A stretch of 62,650 nt of DNA, counting the filler, from Sphacelaria rigidula (lineage: Eukaryota), in NCBI GenBank assembly GCA_964200075.2. It is 11 parts of 11 records of this genome, joined end to end, with 100 filler letters (N's around TTAATTAATTAA, not from the genome) between each part and the next. Parts side by side here need not be neighbours in the genome. Positions count along the whole stretch, not along the records: positions 45,639 to 51,242 come from CAXNAA020025940.1; positions 51,343 to 56,946 come from CAXNAA020025941.1; positions 57,047 to 62,650 come from CAXNAA020025942.1; 8 more parts are not named here. The stretch is one strand, 5' to 3'. The translations under genes and the position numbers were made by a program. Position 1 is the first letter of the stretch; every line of letters begins with the position of its first letter. The notes under the pieces were generated by a model that ran no database searches, had not been told where the DNA came from, and worked only from the letters and a program-made list of their open reading frames with translations. Positions 50,193 to 62,590 of the stretch are shown here, in pieces.

Positions 50193-50556
50193 TATAAAAC
50201 AATTACACAGAAGGTGCCAACTACTGGAATCTGACAACGAGCTGGCGTGTATTCCATTCGTCTTGTCACCACGTTCATGCCCCAACGTTGGGGCTGTACC
50301 TACAGGCAAGCGAAAATATTGGGTGTCGGAACCTCACGAAACGTGTGCGCTCGAGCAGACGCACCGCCGAGAAGGCGCCGGATAATAGTACCCAACTCTG
50401 TTACTCTTCTTGCCCACGAAAGTAACGTAAAATTGAGCGACATATGTACTCTTACACACTCGTAAACATACGATGCTGTAACGGGAAACTATGCTGTGTC
50501 ACGAGAGTCAACAAATCAGGCCAGCACTCGATCGAGGCCAACACTTTGAGCTAACA

Positions 50557-50826
50557 CCGTGTTTCCTGAGATTGAGAGTCTAGCGTTGATTGAGAGTGAG
50601 GTTTAATAGTCGTTCTAACTTGACCTATTTTTTATTTTCTCCATAGCTACACGTCGATATCCTACTCAGGAATACCAAATGCTCCAGTGGCAAGCTACTA
50701 CAGAAAACGTATCGGGCCTCATATAAGGTCCGGAGGGGCGTCTTGGAACTGAAACTGTTCCATTAAGTAGGTGACCACTTCTCGCTCTCAATCGTATCCT
50801 AGACTCTCAATCTCACGAAAGCATCG
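50557..50826 (+). mobile_element. ~270-bp MITE
   Basis: TIR core tgagattgagagtctag / ctagactctcaatctca (17 bp perfect); homolog at 20866-21730. Confidence 0.75.
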
Positions 50827-51170
50827 TCACCAATGGGACACGGATACCTGGGTCTTGCAGTCATTTTGGAGGCAAAAATGATGCCAATTCAATAGATGAA
50901 CATAACATGCCTACCTGGGCGGTCGAAGGGTCAGTCATCCGGTCATACTGATACTACTGCAGGACTACAGGTTTAGACTAAAATTTTGTCAGCACGGCAG
51001 ACTAGGTACTGATACCCTGCATTTCTCTCTAGAAGAGGTGATTTTTTCCCAACAAGTTCATTACATACGAACACACGACTGAAGCTCGATAAACCTTCGG
51101 CGATCATACTGAAGTGGTCATCTCTACTGTGCACAATCAACCGCCGAATGATCAGGTACAGATGTATATC

Positions 51171-51242
51171 GCCGCGCCCCGGTGGTGTAATGGTCCGACT
51201 GTCGCCATTAGGGTGGAGAGAACGGGGGTTCGATTCCCGACG
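51171..51242 (+). mobile_element. tRNA-derived SINE family 2 head, cut by the scaffold end
   Basis: A box TGGTGTAATGG and B box GGTTCGATTCC; matches the heads ending at 27998 and 54308. Confidence 0.75.
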
Positions 51243-51650
51243 NNNNNNNNNNNNNNNNNNNNNNNNNNNNNNNNNNNNNNNNNNNNTTAATTAATTAANN
51301 NNNNNNNNNNNNNNNNNNNNNNNNNNNNNNNNNNNNNNNNNNGATGCGAGGTCAATGGTCTTACGACTATGGCATGCATGATTATGAGTATACCTCCCCT
51401 TCCCTCGCCCCCTGGTCCGGCGTAACCCGGCGTGCCCCATCCTGGCTCCGTGAGGATGCGAGGTCAATGGTCTCATGACTATTGCCTGCATATTCATAAG
51501 TACACCGCTTCACCCCCCAGCCCGTGCGTGCATGCACTCCCATCCCACCCACGCCCAATAAGCTGTGAGCTTCTAAAAACAGCCCCGTCCCCCCTCCCCT
51601 CCCACCCTTTCCCGTCCTCTCCCTTCTACGCGTGACGTCTTGAGATACAG

Positions 51651-51923
51651 GATGGCCCCGTGGACACACCAGCAGCTGGACAGGAGGAGGAGGGCCGGAT
51701 GGCGAAGGATGTAGTCCATCGATTATCGTTTCAGCACAGGGGCAAGCGAAGGGGGGCGCTGCGAACGGTGGCGGGGTTGCATCAGTGGGAATGGGAGGCA
51801 ACGGAGTCGCAGGAGGGGGTGGAATGGGGATGAGTCCTCAACAGCAACCACAGCAGCCGCCGCAGCAGCAGGGCATGATGGCGGCTGGGGCCATGATGTA
51901 CAACGGGTTCCCCCCGTATTCTG
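51651..51923 (+). CDS. KH-domain RNA-binding protein, G/Q-rich linker exon
   Basis: gatacAG acceptor; open frame ...GGGGMGMSPQQQPQQPPQQQGMMAAGAMMYNGFPPYS; donor g|GTAAAG (phase 1). Confidence 0.7.
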
Positions 51924-52570
51924 GTAAAGATCATACATGGGATGTACAGCTGAATGCCTTTTTCCTTGCTGCTGATTTGTTTTCATTTGAGTCAAAATTG
52001 TGTACACGCATACATCTTGACCCCTGTTCAAGTACATTACATGTTTTTTGTTGTATTTCGAGGGTATGGTGTGAACGATGGGGTGTGAAATAGGATTCAA
52101 GTTTACGCACCTCTGGGAAACGTTAGTCTGTTTTTGGGGGGGCAGAGACACAGGGTGATGATTGTTTGTTGTGCAACGTTTTCGTTGACTTTGCGTGAAG
52201 AACCAGCGTCATTGATTAGTGTATCACACGTTGATGTTGATGCTTTTACATTCGATAAGATATAAACTTCAGATAATGCACCATGCTGTACGGTAAATAA
52301 ACCGTCTTCCCCCTTCCTTCTCAATGCTCTCCAGGCTTACCATGTTCGTCACACACTATCAGGTCTTCGCTCCGAAACTTGAACACAAGGCGTCGATTTC
52401 TCCTCTGCCTCCGGCTCTCCTTCTAGAAAGATTATATCAAGCTGCTCACGTCGGCACAAGCGTTGGTTGTGCGAGCGTTTCCATTGGTTTTTGCCTTGGT
52501 TACCGAAGCGGCGGACGTCTCGTGACCGCGGGTACAGCCTCTTGGTGGGAAATTCTATCATTATTATTTT

Positions 52571-52629
<59 letters not shown>
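52571..52629 (+). repeat. (TAG)n microsatellite
   Basis: Pure trinucleotide run. Confidence 0.95.
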
Positions 52630-52723
52630 TTATCATTATTATTTATTGTTATTAATAATAATTTTTCGTGTAAATGTTTGTTTCTTGCCTTCTTCTGCGG
52701 GCTGTTTGGGTTATGGGTATATT

Positions 52724-52790
52724 GGTGGTGTGCTCCTTGCACTCTGATTGATCGATTCATCGACTGTGTCGCATAATAATGATAATAATG

Positions 52791-52836
<46 letters not shown>

Positions 52837-52888
52837 TAATAATGATAATAATGATAATGATAATAATAATAATGATAATGATAATAAC

Positions 52889-52926
<38 letters not shown>

Positions 52927-53277
52927 CAATAACAATAACAATAATATCATTATCAATATCATTATCAATATCATTTTCAATATCATCATCAGTATCATTA
53001 TCAATATCATTAGTATTATTATTACTATCGATATTGCTATGTTGTCGTTGTTATTGTTATTATTACTATCATTATTGTTATCATGATTATTAATCAAAAT
53101 ATAACAATATCTTCGCACTTCTGCCCAATCCCTCGAGCCTGTTCACTGTGAAATGATCAACCAATTGACGACTCAAGCCATCAATCCATGAATCAATCAC
53201 AGGGGATCAGTCACGCGACACAGTCGATGAATCGATCAATCAATCAGTGTGCTGCAAGGACGAGCTCAGGAACCACC
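52724..53277. repeat. Intronic inverted repeat (foldback) enclosing complementary (AAT/GAT)n and (ATT/ATC)n tracts
   Basis: Perfect 28-bp arms at 52745-52772 and 53215-53242, with imperfect outward extension. Confidence 0.85.
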
Positions 53278-53360
53278 TATGAATGACTAATTCTCTCTTC
53301 CCTCCGCCCCATTCCCCCCCGCCTCCCTGGTCTCCGATGCTACTGCGCCCTGTCTTGCAG

Positions 53361-53467
53361 TCCCGGCCATGCAGCACCAACGCGGTTACGGCGATATGTG
53401 CTATCCACCGGGAACCGTTGGGGGAATGCCCTCCGTGTTTCCTTTCGCACCGGAAATGACGCTTATG
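53361..53467 (+). CDS. KH-domain RNA-binding protein exon
   Basis: tcttgcAG acceptor (phase 1), VPAMQHQRGYGDMCYPPG...APEMTLM, donor GTGAGA (phase 0); phases fit both neighbouring exons. Confidence 0.72.
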
Positions 53468-53637
53468 GTGAGACTAAGAGAGGGAGAAGGAGCGAGGGCA
53501 GCATTGGACATCATGTCGGATGTTCAGATGTGCTGAGTAAGATCAGGCACCTTCATCAGAATCATCACCACTACTTGGGGAAAAGAGAAGGGGCTCAATT
53601 TCCATTTGCCATCTGGGGCAAACTAGGGTACGGTGGT

Positions 53638-54308
53638 TATTTTTCCTGTGTCACACCTTGAACCCCTTCCCCCCCCTCAGGATGAGTGGTCTGGTCAAAT
53701 GGCTAAGGCAAGCAACAAATGAGTATGCCCCCCCCTCAGGATGACTCTGTGGTCTCAAGGGATCAACTCATCTCTCCCCCCTCAGGATGACTCCGTGGTC
53801 TCAAGGGATCAACTCATCTCTCCCCGGTAGACCCTTGCAAGGGTCGGACAAATAATGATTCGTCTGGAAATGACTTGGTTTTAGTATGACTAATTCGACT
53901 CGTGACGAATCAATCACTAGGCTTTGTTTTCAGCGTTGCAAGTCAGGTACACGCAGTCCAGACACGTGGAATGGCGAAAACGTTGCGTAGATACTCCTTG
54001 GACCAGCGGTCAACCTTTATCTTTGGGATCAGGCCGAAGTAATCGTGGATTTGGCGATTTTTCGTCGTGATGATTCGTCCTAACCGTGGACCCTTGCAAA
54101 TTGGTCTCGCGGGTCGGGTCAGCACTCCCGCATCACGTCAACTCTCGTCGAACAAACTCAGTCAACTACTTTTTATTGCTCGCGTACTCACGCTTCCTAC
54201 GGTGGAAATGAGATAATCCGAGGAAAAAACCCAACGCATCATGAATCGAACCCACGTGCTCTCCACCCTAATGCTGACAGTCGGATCATTACACCAGCGG
54301 GGCGCGGC
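53638..54308 (-). mobile_element. tRNA-derived SINE family 2 carrying nested insertions
   Basis: Collinear with 27681-27998 once the MITE, a family-B fragment and a 46-bp tandem duplication are removed. Confidence 0.78.
53838..54088 (+). mobile_element. hAT-like MITE with perfect 8-bp TSD
   Basis: GACCCTTG at 53830-53837 and 54089-54096; imperfect TIRs caagggtcggacaaat / attcgtcctaaccgtg. Confidence 0.85.
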
Positions 54309-56103
54309 GGCAAAGTTGGTGTAGGTGGTGTATCTACGTGTGGGTGTTATGTTCGTCCACGTTTTGTGCCTTTTCCACGGAGCTGAGCCTCAAATACTAA
54401 CCCGCTGTACGTTTTAAGTGTCGTGACGCTTGTGATCATTACAGTACGTTCTCTACATGCCCGACCCGTTTTCTCGCGACCCCAAGAACCAGCCCACCCT
54501 GCGCCGTCATTGCCCGCCCCAGTTCGGGTCATCATCATAGCTCTTACCGGATCGGTGGCGTCCGGGCATGCGCTGTCAATACAGCGGCACTTGCTTCGTG
54601 CCTTTTGTGTTATATACCAATATTCGACTCCCCCCCATCCCACCCCGCTGCCTCGTGAACGGTTTTTCGACGTATTGGCCAATCAAAGATGGTATCTCCG
54701 CGTCCTGTTGTGAAAGGCGGAGCCTGCCTCCCAAAAGTTAGCTTTCCCCATCGCCTGCTACAGGTATTACAAAATACGTTCTCACCGCAAGTATGTGCGT
54801 TCCACTTCTCCTTCACCTCCCCTTTCCCCCGCGCGCCCGCCACTCTCCTCCCTCGGTGCTGTGTTACTCAGACCGCGAACTCCCATCAAGGCCAGATGGT
54901 TGAACATGGATACGCCGATGATGTGCTTGCACAGGCACAGGTGTGAGCCCCGCATGAAAATCGCAAAGATGCTACTGTCGGGGGGGGGGGGGGGGGGGGG
55001 GGGAAGTTATATAGCAACATACGAACGACCTGCTGTTGTCGACAATAGGTTCAAACGCAGTATGTACAGAGGAGGGTACGGGTACGGGTACGGGTACTGA
55101 GGGAGACGTATCCTCGAAATTCTCGAAGTATATGTCCTTCAGTTTCGTTTTGTTTCGGGTACGTCTATCTTGTGGATAATGACCACTGCTGGATCATGAC
55201 TACCTGGGGGATCAGTGAGTGCGACGAAAAATGAAACCAAAATCAATAAATCACATATGGATGTATATCTGTACTTTCAGTCGATATCCCAGGTACATAT
55301 TGTACCCTGAAAGGCTCAGTATTTTGTGCTTTTTTTTGCGGTTAGTCCAGGAGGTGTATAGAAAAGATTATCTACGGTTACCCACAACCGCTCCGATTTT
55401 ACGCAGTTACAGAGGCCTGGTATCAATATTGTCCCTAAGATTAGAAGTAGAGGAGTTCGTCATGGTCGGGAGGAAGGGGGTGGGGGGCGCATAATTTTGG
55501 AGTTCTGGCATGAAGGACAGACACGCTGGTGGCTTAGAGCTTTGTAGTACCTTGGGGCGATTGTCCGCCTCGTGAAGAACGTCTCGTGCGTTGCCGTTCC
55601 ATTCGACGCGTCCCGCCTTGGTTGAGTGATTCTCGCATGAAGGATCCCCGAGTAATCCACCCATCCTCATAAGATACACCTTATCTTCCAAAAATTCAAT
55701 CAAATCTCAGGGAGAAGACGTCCTCAATCTCTGCCCCCCCCCCGATCCTCCTGCGATACTCTCTGTTTCTGTTTCTGTGGGTAACACGAACACGCGAGGA
55801 CTTTACCTTGCGGTATCATTTTGCAGGCGACTTTTTTTCGTTCCATCGCGGAGATCGGGATTTTTCGTGATGTGTTGCTTTTTTTGTTTTTCAAAGGAAT
55901 CACTCTTCGTCTTCCCCCCCCGGCCCGACCACGGTGGATCTGTGTATCACCTACCCGCTCCTTCTTATGTTTCGTTTGTGTCGATTGTTTACATCCCGCA
56001 CCCTCTGAACGAGTATAGCTGAATATTTCTTTGTTCCTTGTCTTTCTCTCTCTGTGTGTACATATATGTGTATCGGAAAACCGTGTCTTCATCCGCAAAA
56101 CAG

Positions 56104-56237
56104 ATGCAGGTGCCAGACCACATGGTCGGGGTCATCCTCGGTAAAAGCGGCGCGACGGTTATAGACGTGCAAAATCAAACCGGGGCGCGTATCCAAGTGA
56201 GTCAGCGGGGCGACTACATTCCCGGGACGCACAACAG
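56104..56237 (+). CDS. KH-domain exon, NOVA/BTR1-like
   Basis: MQVPDHMVGVILGKSGATVIDVQNQTGARIQVSQRGDYIPGTHNR has the GxxG loop and the TGARIQxS-xxGD/E-xxPGT-NR pattern of NOVA/BTR1 KH3; donor ag|GTGAAT. Confidence 0.88.
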
Positions 56238-56839
56238 GTGAATCGTTAATCCTTCCGTGTATTTTGCCTCATGCGTGAGTGTGTGTGTGTTTCTTTTCCT
56301 TTCTCTTTCCGCAATCTTCCGTAAGGCAGCGCGTTTTTTGTTCCCCTGTCAATTTCCCGCCTTTTGCCCATTACCCTCGGCTTGTGACCTCGGCTGATTG
56401 ATGTGAGACTAAACAATCGCTAAATCAAATGTCGCGATATGTGTGTGCAGCAGGGGGCGGGGGATCAACCGTTTGACTACCAGCGCGGGATACATGATCG
56501 TTTTTCAATGAGCCCATGAGTGCCGGTGCGAGCGCTTTGTGACTCGGTTCCAATCAAGCTACAAATGCCCTTGCACTACTAAGGATTGCAATAGCTTAGC
56601 AGCAGCCGAAGATTCAAACAACTTCACCCTCCTCCCTTCCCTCCTCCACCACCAGGTATCTCGAAAATCCCACAATTAAGTTGCTGCTCAACGTACCCAG
56701 CCTTGGGAGGCACTGAACCACGCCTAGAAAATCTCTGTTGTTGTCTGCGACTGCCGCAAGAACGCGTGTCCCGAACCACATTTCCCCGTTGCAAACACTG
56801 TTCATACTGTGCGTTTGCTAGGCGTATCTGGGGGGCTAC

Positions 56840-56874
<35 letters not shown>

Positions 56875-57372
56875 CTCCTTCCCCCCCCCGTTCGCGCGAA
56901 ACCCCGGGGGGTTCCTCCCCCCCGTGGCGGGAGGCGGGGGCACAGGNNNNNNNNNNNNNNNNNNNNNNNNNNNNNNNNNNNNNNNNNNNNTTAATTAATT
57001 AANNNNNNNNNNNNNNNNNNNNNNNNNNNNNNNNNNNNNNNNNNNNTTCAAAAAGGAGGGGGTGGCAATTGGAAAACACCTAAGGGAAAAAACAAAAATT
57101 TTTCCCCCCCCCCCCCCCCCGTGCTATGCAGAGTTTGGTTGGGCAATTTTGGTTTTGGGCACATCTGTCAATTTTTTCGTGTAGTATTTTTCCTTGGCGT
57201 TCGGAAGTCCTAGCGTCGATGAATATTTGGAAATTAGGCAGATCGTGCTGAGGTCACAATCCTCACTTGGTCTTGTCACGGTGACATGAGATAAGTTCCT
57301 CATTTATCAGGGGGGTGTCATCAACCGTCAAAGGTCCGGATATACAGTTTTCCGGGTCAAGCGCAATGAAGA

Positions 57373-57829
57373 TAACACTCTATTAGTGAGATTCAGAACG
57401 TAGTTTCAGATTCCGAGTCAGACCCCAAACAATTGACTTTCCCGTCGATTTTGACATCGCCACAGTTCGAGCAGTAATGCGCCCGACTAGTGAAGCGGTG
57501 GCTTCAATGAAAGCTGTCACCTACACGATCAATTTGACATATCACTTGATCCCAACGACGTGGTCAGTCCATCGCAACAAACGATCCCCTCTTCCAGGAA
57601 AAAACGATTAGTGCCTGAAACAGTTTCACTTCCGAAATGCCACCAGGCGTAGAAATGCTGTGTACAGTATCTCACCAACCAGACCGCGGAATTCCTTGAA
57701 TGGGGTACTGTACGGTAGCTGCATGCACAGGACGTGTGCTCAAGCAAAAAAAAAAGTTGCCTGTTAGGAACGCTAGATCATCCACTCTGAATCTGAAACT
57801 ACGTTCTGAATCTCACGAATATAGTGTTA
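57373..57829. mobile_element. ~450-bp MITE with ~46-bp TIRs
   Basis: taacactctattagtgagattcagaacgtagtttcagattccgagt versus actctgaatctgaaactacgttctgaatctcacgaatatagtgtta (3 mismatches). Confidence 0.82.
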
Positions 57830-58678
57830 GATATGAAAATTCCAAAAATAAGTCATTCTCATTTGCTCACGAAAATGATCAGAATTGCTTCAATCGAGCA
57901 AAAATACCCAAGGGTCAGAACCTGGTAGTCTTAGGACCCCCGAGGCCCGGTCAGCCCGTGAGTCGGTCCGATTCCAATTCCAATTTCACGAAGGAAGTTT
58001 GGTTTCTGCTGCGGGTAAAAATTCGACAAACCAGTTTTTTGCGACTTGATTTCTGCGACTCGATTCTTGCGACATTTGTTGTGCTGGATTTTACACTTCA
58101 AAACCCCTATCGATTTCGGTTTTTGGGGGATAACCTTGTCAGACACCAAACGCATCTTGCTCCAAGGGGCACCTGGACACACAGCAGTTGCCGCTGCCTA
58201 CCTAGTATCATCCTCCAAATCGAAGTCTTGAGTTAGAACGCCCAGCGTTTTGTGCCCGTGTACAAGGATGATCTACATCTAGTATCATGCTCCGATTCGT
58301 ACCCGACAAGGGGGCAACATCCCCGTACAAACAGTAGCGACGCTAGCGGATCTTACGTCCTGACAGTCTGGCAGCCGGCAAAATGGTTATGGTAGTGTCC
58401 TTCTAGCGATATCAACTTACAGTGCACTGGAGCAGAGTTTGCAGGTGAATATTTCGGCGATTGCCTCACCTGCAGTTCGCCCAGATGTTGCGGAGTTTTT
58501 CACGATTTCACCGAGTAACATTACATACGTTTACATGTGGAAATGGACCAGATCCTCCGTTACATTATAGGTGAAGATGAACCAGATCCTGCATTATATA
58601 TGGAAATGTACCCAACCGTGGATGAAAGATTTTTACAGTCAGTACGAACACGATGTTGGAAGTATATTGCGCAAAGTC

Positions 58679-58757
58679 AGTGTGTTGTGTGTGTTGTCGT
58701 CTCATCTATTCTGGACGCCGGTCTCCACCTTTCGGTACATGTGGGCGCACCAGCCGC
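58679..58757 (-). mobile_element. SINE family 1, 3' fragment
   Basis: attctggacgccggtctccacctttcggtacatgtgggcgcaccagccg plus (TG) tail, inserted in the 58220-58875 repeat. Confidence 0.75.
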
Positions 58758-58984
58758 GACTGTGTTACCATACAGCTTCGCCCACGATACAGGCAGCCAT
58801 AACAGCGGCGGAGGCGACCTTTCATTCCTGCGTGCGCCACCTGGGGCAAACGGACGCAGTAGCTGCAAAACATACAACTTTAATAAATGTGACGTAGCGA
58901 TATAGCGCGTAGCGAGGGGTGATATCCTGCGTACATGTTGGCCGCAACGGAAGCGGCTGCATTCATGATGTGGCGAACTGCATA

Positions 58985-59072
58985 CGAGTAGGAACGGTGC
59001 TCCGTCTCGAAAGGGATACGTGGTCAATGGTCGAACGACTAAGGCAAGTAACAGATGAGTCCCCCCCCCCTC
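58985..59072 (+). repeat. Dispersed repeat family B (representative copy)
   Basis: gtaggaacggtgctccgtctcgaaagggatRcgtggtcaatggtcgaacgactaaggcaag...atgagt-polyC. Other copies at about 22350-22425 (-), 22655-22720 (-), 26640-26728 (-), 33440-33520, 53686-53735 and 61137-61192. Confidence 0.85.
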
Positions 59073-59139
59073 CCGCTGGCCCGTTTCTAACGCATACGCC
59101 ACGAAGGCGCCAAATCCTCCCAACCCTTACTGCTCTAAC

Positions 59140-62100
59140 GAACCATCCATGTCCGCCATGCCCTCCAACCCCCTTTGCTGTAAGTCTCGCCTGTCAAGAG
59201 GGATAGCATATAGGCTATACACGGTGCATACCACACAGGGGGACAACGGTTCCCAACTTCGACTCCCCCAAGAAGTAAGCAGCGAAAATTTTCCTTCCCC
59301 ATCTTCATACGTCAATCCTCCCCGCCACGCGGCATAGCATGGTGGGTTACATACGGAGTATCTTACTAACGGCGTCACCAAATCCCAACCTTGATTTTCT
59401 CCATGAATTGTCCCCCATTTCTGCTTTCGTTCTCACGCGTGCAACACAAGGGGCACAACGGTTCCCAACCTCGACTCTCCCAACAAACAAGCTTCGTCAC
59501 GCAAGTCCGCGACGCGGCATATTCTAGGTCATACTCGCAGTACCTCACTCGCGGCGCCAGTTCATTTCAACCTCTCCTCCTCCACAAGCCAGTCCTCTTC
59601 CTTTCCCACCTGCCCTCCCACGCATACACCACCACGGTGACAACGCCTCCCACCTTCGACTTCCCCCACGAGCAAGCCCTGTATCCTCTTCTGCTCCACC
59701 CTCAGAAGTCAATTCCGCCCACCACGCGGCATACCACAGGCCACGTATGGAGTTCCTCACTCACAGCGCCACACAAATAGAACCTCAACTTCCTCCACGA
59801 GCCAGCGCTCTGCCATCCCCGCTTGCCCTCTCATGTGCACACCATCAGGGCAACAATGGATCCCAACCTCCACCTCCTCAGCAAGCAAGCCCTATATACC
59901 CTCCCCTTTCCCATTTCCATACGTCGATTCCGCCCGCTTTGCGGCATATCATTGTGGGTCGCATGCGGAGTCTCGTTCCTACGGCATCACCAACTCCCAA
60001 CCTCAATTGTGTCCACCGGCCAGCCCTTTCCCATCCCTATCTACCCTCTCACGCGTGCACCACCAGGGCGAGATTGGGTACCAACCTCGACTCCTTCGAT
60101 AAGCAAGCCCTGTACCCCCCCTCTCCACCTCCATACGTCAACTCCGGCAGCCACGCGGCATACCATAGGCCATGGATGAGGTAACTCACTCAGGGTGGCG
60201 ATAAATCTGAACCTCTCCTCTACGACTCAGCATTCTGCCATCCGCCTGCCGTCTTGAGTGCACTACCACTGCGACAACGGATCCCAACCTCTACTTCCCC
60301 CACGATCAAGCCCTGTGCCCACCTCCACGCGTCACTTCCGCTAGCCACACGACACACCATTCGGGAAATACGGAGTACCCTTAGCACAGCATCACCAAAT
60401 TCTAACCTCGGCTTACTTCACGAACCAGGCCTCCCCCATAGCCGCTTGTCAACTCACGTGTGCACCACCAAGGTGACAACGGATTCCCACGTTGACTTCC
60501 CCAACAAGCAAGCCTTACCCCCCCTGCCCCACCCCCATACGTCAACGCCGCCCGCCACGCAGTATACCATAGGCCACATACCGAGTTCCTCACTCAGGGT
60601 GCCCCACAAATCAAACCCTAGACTTTCTCCACGACCCAGCTCCCTCCCTTTCCATCCGGCCGCCTCACGCATACACCACGGGGGCGACGACGGATCCCAA
60701 CCTCTATCTCCTGAGCAAGCAAGCCCTGTGTCCCTCTTCCCATCCCACACACGTCAATTTCGCCCGCCACGCGGCATATCGTAGGTCCTACACGCAGTAC
60801 TTCACTCGCGGTGCCGATAAATCCCAAACTCTACTTCTCCATAAGTCAGCCCTCTTCCATCCCTGCCTGCCCTCCCAAGCAACCGCTAGGGCAACAGCGG
60901 ATCCCAACTTCGACTCCCCAACAAGAGAGCCCTGTACCCTCCTCTTCCCACCCCCATTCGTCAACGCCGCTGGCCACGCGGCACCATAGGTCACATAAGC
61001 ACTTCCTCGCTCAAGGCGCCACAAAAATCAGAACCTCGACTTTCTCCACGAACCAGCCCTCTCTTCCTTCTCATCCAAACCCTCTTCCTCAGCAAGGAAA
61101 TCCTGCCCCCCTTCCCCCCCCCTCCCCCTTCCCATCCCATGCTCCGTCTCGAAAGGGATGCGTGGTTAATGGTCGAACGACCAAGGCAAGCAGCAAAGGA
61201 ATACGCCCCCCCTTCCCATCCCACACACGTCAACGCCGCTCGCCACGCATCATACCTTACCCCATATACGGTGTATATCACTCAAGGCGCCAATATACCC
61301 CCAGCGGTACTTCTCCACGAGCCAGACCTCTTCCTTCCCATCCAGACTCTACCTCCACAGCAAGCAAGCCCTGACCTCGCCTCCCATTCCACACACGTTA
61401 ACGCCGCCCGCCACGCAGCATACCATACCCCATGTACGGAGTGTCTCAATCAAGGCGCCGATTCATCCTCAGCTGTACTTCTCCACGACCCAGCCCTCCT
61501 CCAGCCCATCTTGCCCTCTCACGCGCACACCACCGGGGTGACAACGAATCCCGACCTCCACCTCGTCAGCAAGCAAGCCCTGTTCCCCCCCTCCCATCCC
61601 ACACACGTCAACTCCGCCCGCCACGCGGCATACCATACCCCATACACAGAGTATCTCATTCAAGGTGTCAATGAATCCCAAGCTGTACTTCTCCACGACC
61701 CAACCCTCCTCGTCCGCATCCTGCCCTCTCACGAGTACACCACCGAGGCGACAACGGAGCCCGACCTCTATTTCCTCAGCAAGCAAGCCCTGCCCCCCGC
61801 CCCCCCCCCTCCGATCCCACACACGTTAATTCCGTCCGCCACACGGCACTTCACACGCTATATACCGAGTACCTGGCTCAGTGCGCTAAACAATTGCAAT
61901 CTCATTTCGCCCCAACGAACCCACGGTCATCCCCGTCCTCTCACGCGTCCAACACTGGGGCGACAACGAATCACAAACTGTGCTTGCGACACTTTCTACG
62001 ATAGCGTCCCCGCAAAAAACGGCTGGTTTGAGGAGGCAAAATGTACACGCGAGTCGAACTGAAGAGTGCCGAGCACAACGAGCAGCTGAGAATTCCAACG

Positions 62101-62590
62101 CTCGGACTCGTGTTCGCCTATGTCGCCCATATGAGGTACTGTACTTCATGCAGCCTGAAACCAAACATCAGGTGCTGTATGACCATTTTCTCCGTGACAG
62201 TTTTGGCCGGGTTTGGGGGGGAGGGATGGGGGGGGGCTATCGTAGACAGTGTCGTGCACAACAAACAAGCGCTGTCCCTTCTCGTCTCCCACCCCCATAC
62301 GTCTAATTCTTCCCACCACGCGGCGTACCATGGGTAATATGTGGAGCACCTCGCTCAGAGCACCACCGAATCGCGAGCTCGACTTTGTCGACGAGTTAGC
62401 CCTCTCCCATCCCCCCCTTCCCTCTCAAGTCTACACCATCAGGGCGCCGCACAAATCCCAAGCTCTACTACATCCACGACACGGCCCTGTCCTACCCCCA
62501 CCTGCCTCCCTCGTATACACCACGCAGGGCGACAATGGAACCCAACCTCTGCGTCACCAACGAGCGGGCCCTGCCCCCCCCCCCCCCCCC
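59140..62590 (+). repeat. Degenerate ~210-bp C-rich satellite, about 14-15 units
   Basis: ccacgcggcat-like anchor recurs at about 59325, 59510, 59720, 59936, 60151, 60345, 60555, 60766, 60974, 61241, 61411, 61621, 61839 and 62316, together with caagcaagccctg and gacaacggatcccaacct. Confidence 0.9.
61987..62254 (+). mobile_element. ~270-bp MITE inserted in the satellite
   Basis: 19-bp TIRs cgacactttctacgatagc / gctatcgtagacagtgtcg (1 mismatch); homolog of 27268-27546. Confidence 0.82.

Noticed and set aside
51171..51242. Functional tRNA gene (also 25662-25735)
   Set aside because: A/B boxes are present, but no proper acceptor or anticodon stems form, and homologous heads are attached to repeated SINE bodies.
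52349..53118. Poly-L/V/N/I/T ORFs (also 17064-17289 and 23953-24625)
   Set aside because: They are translations of microsatellites and low-complexity tracts.
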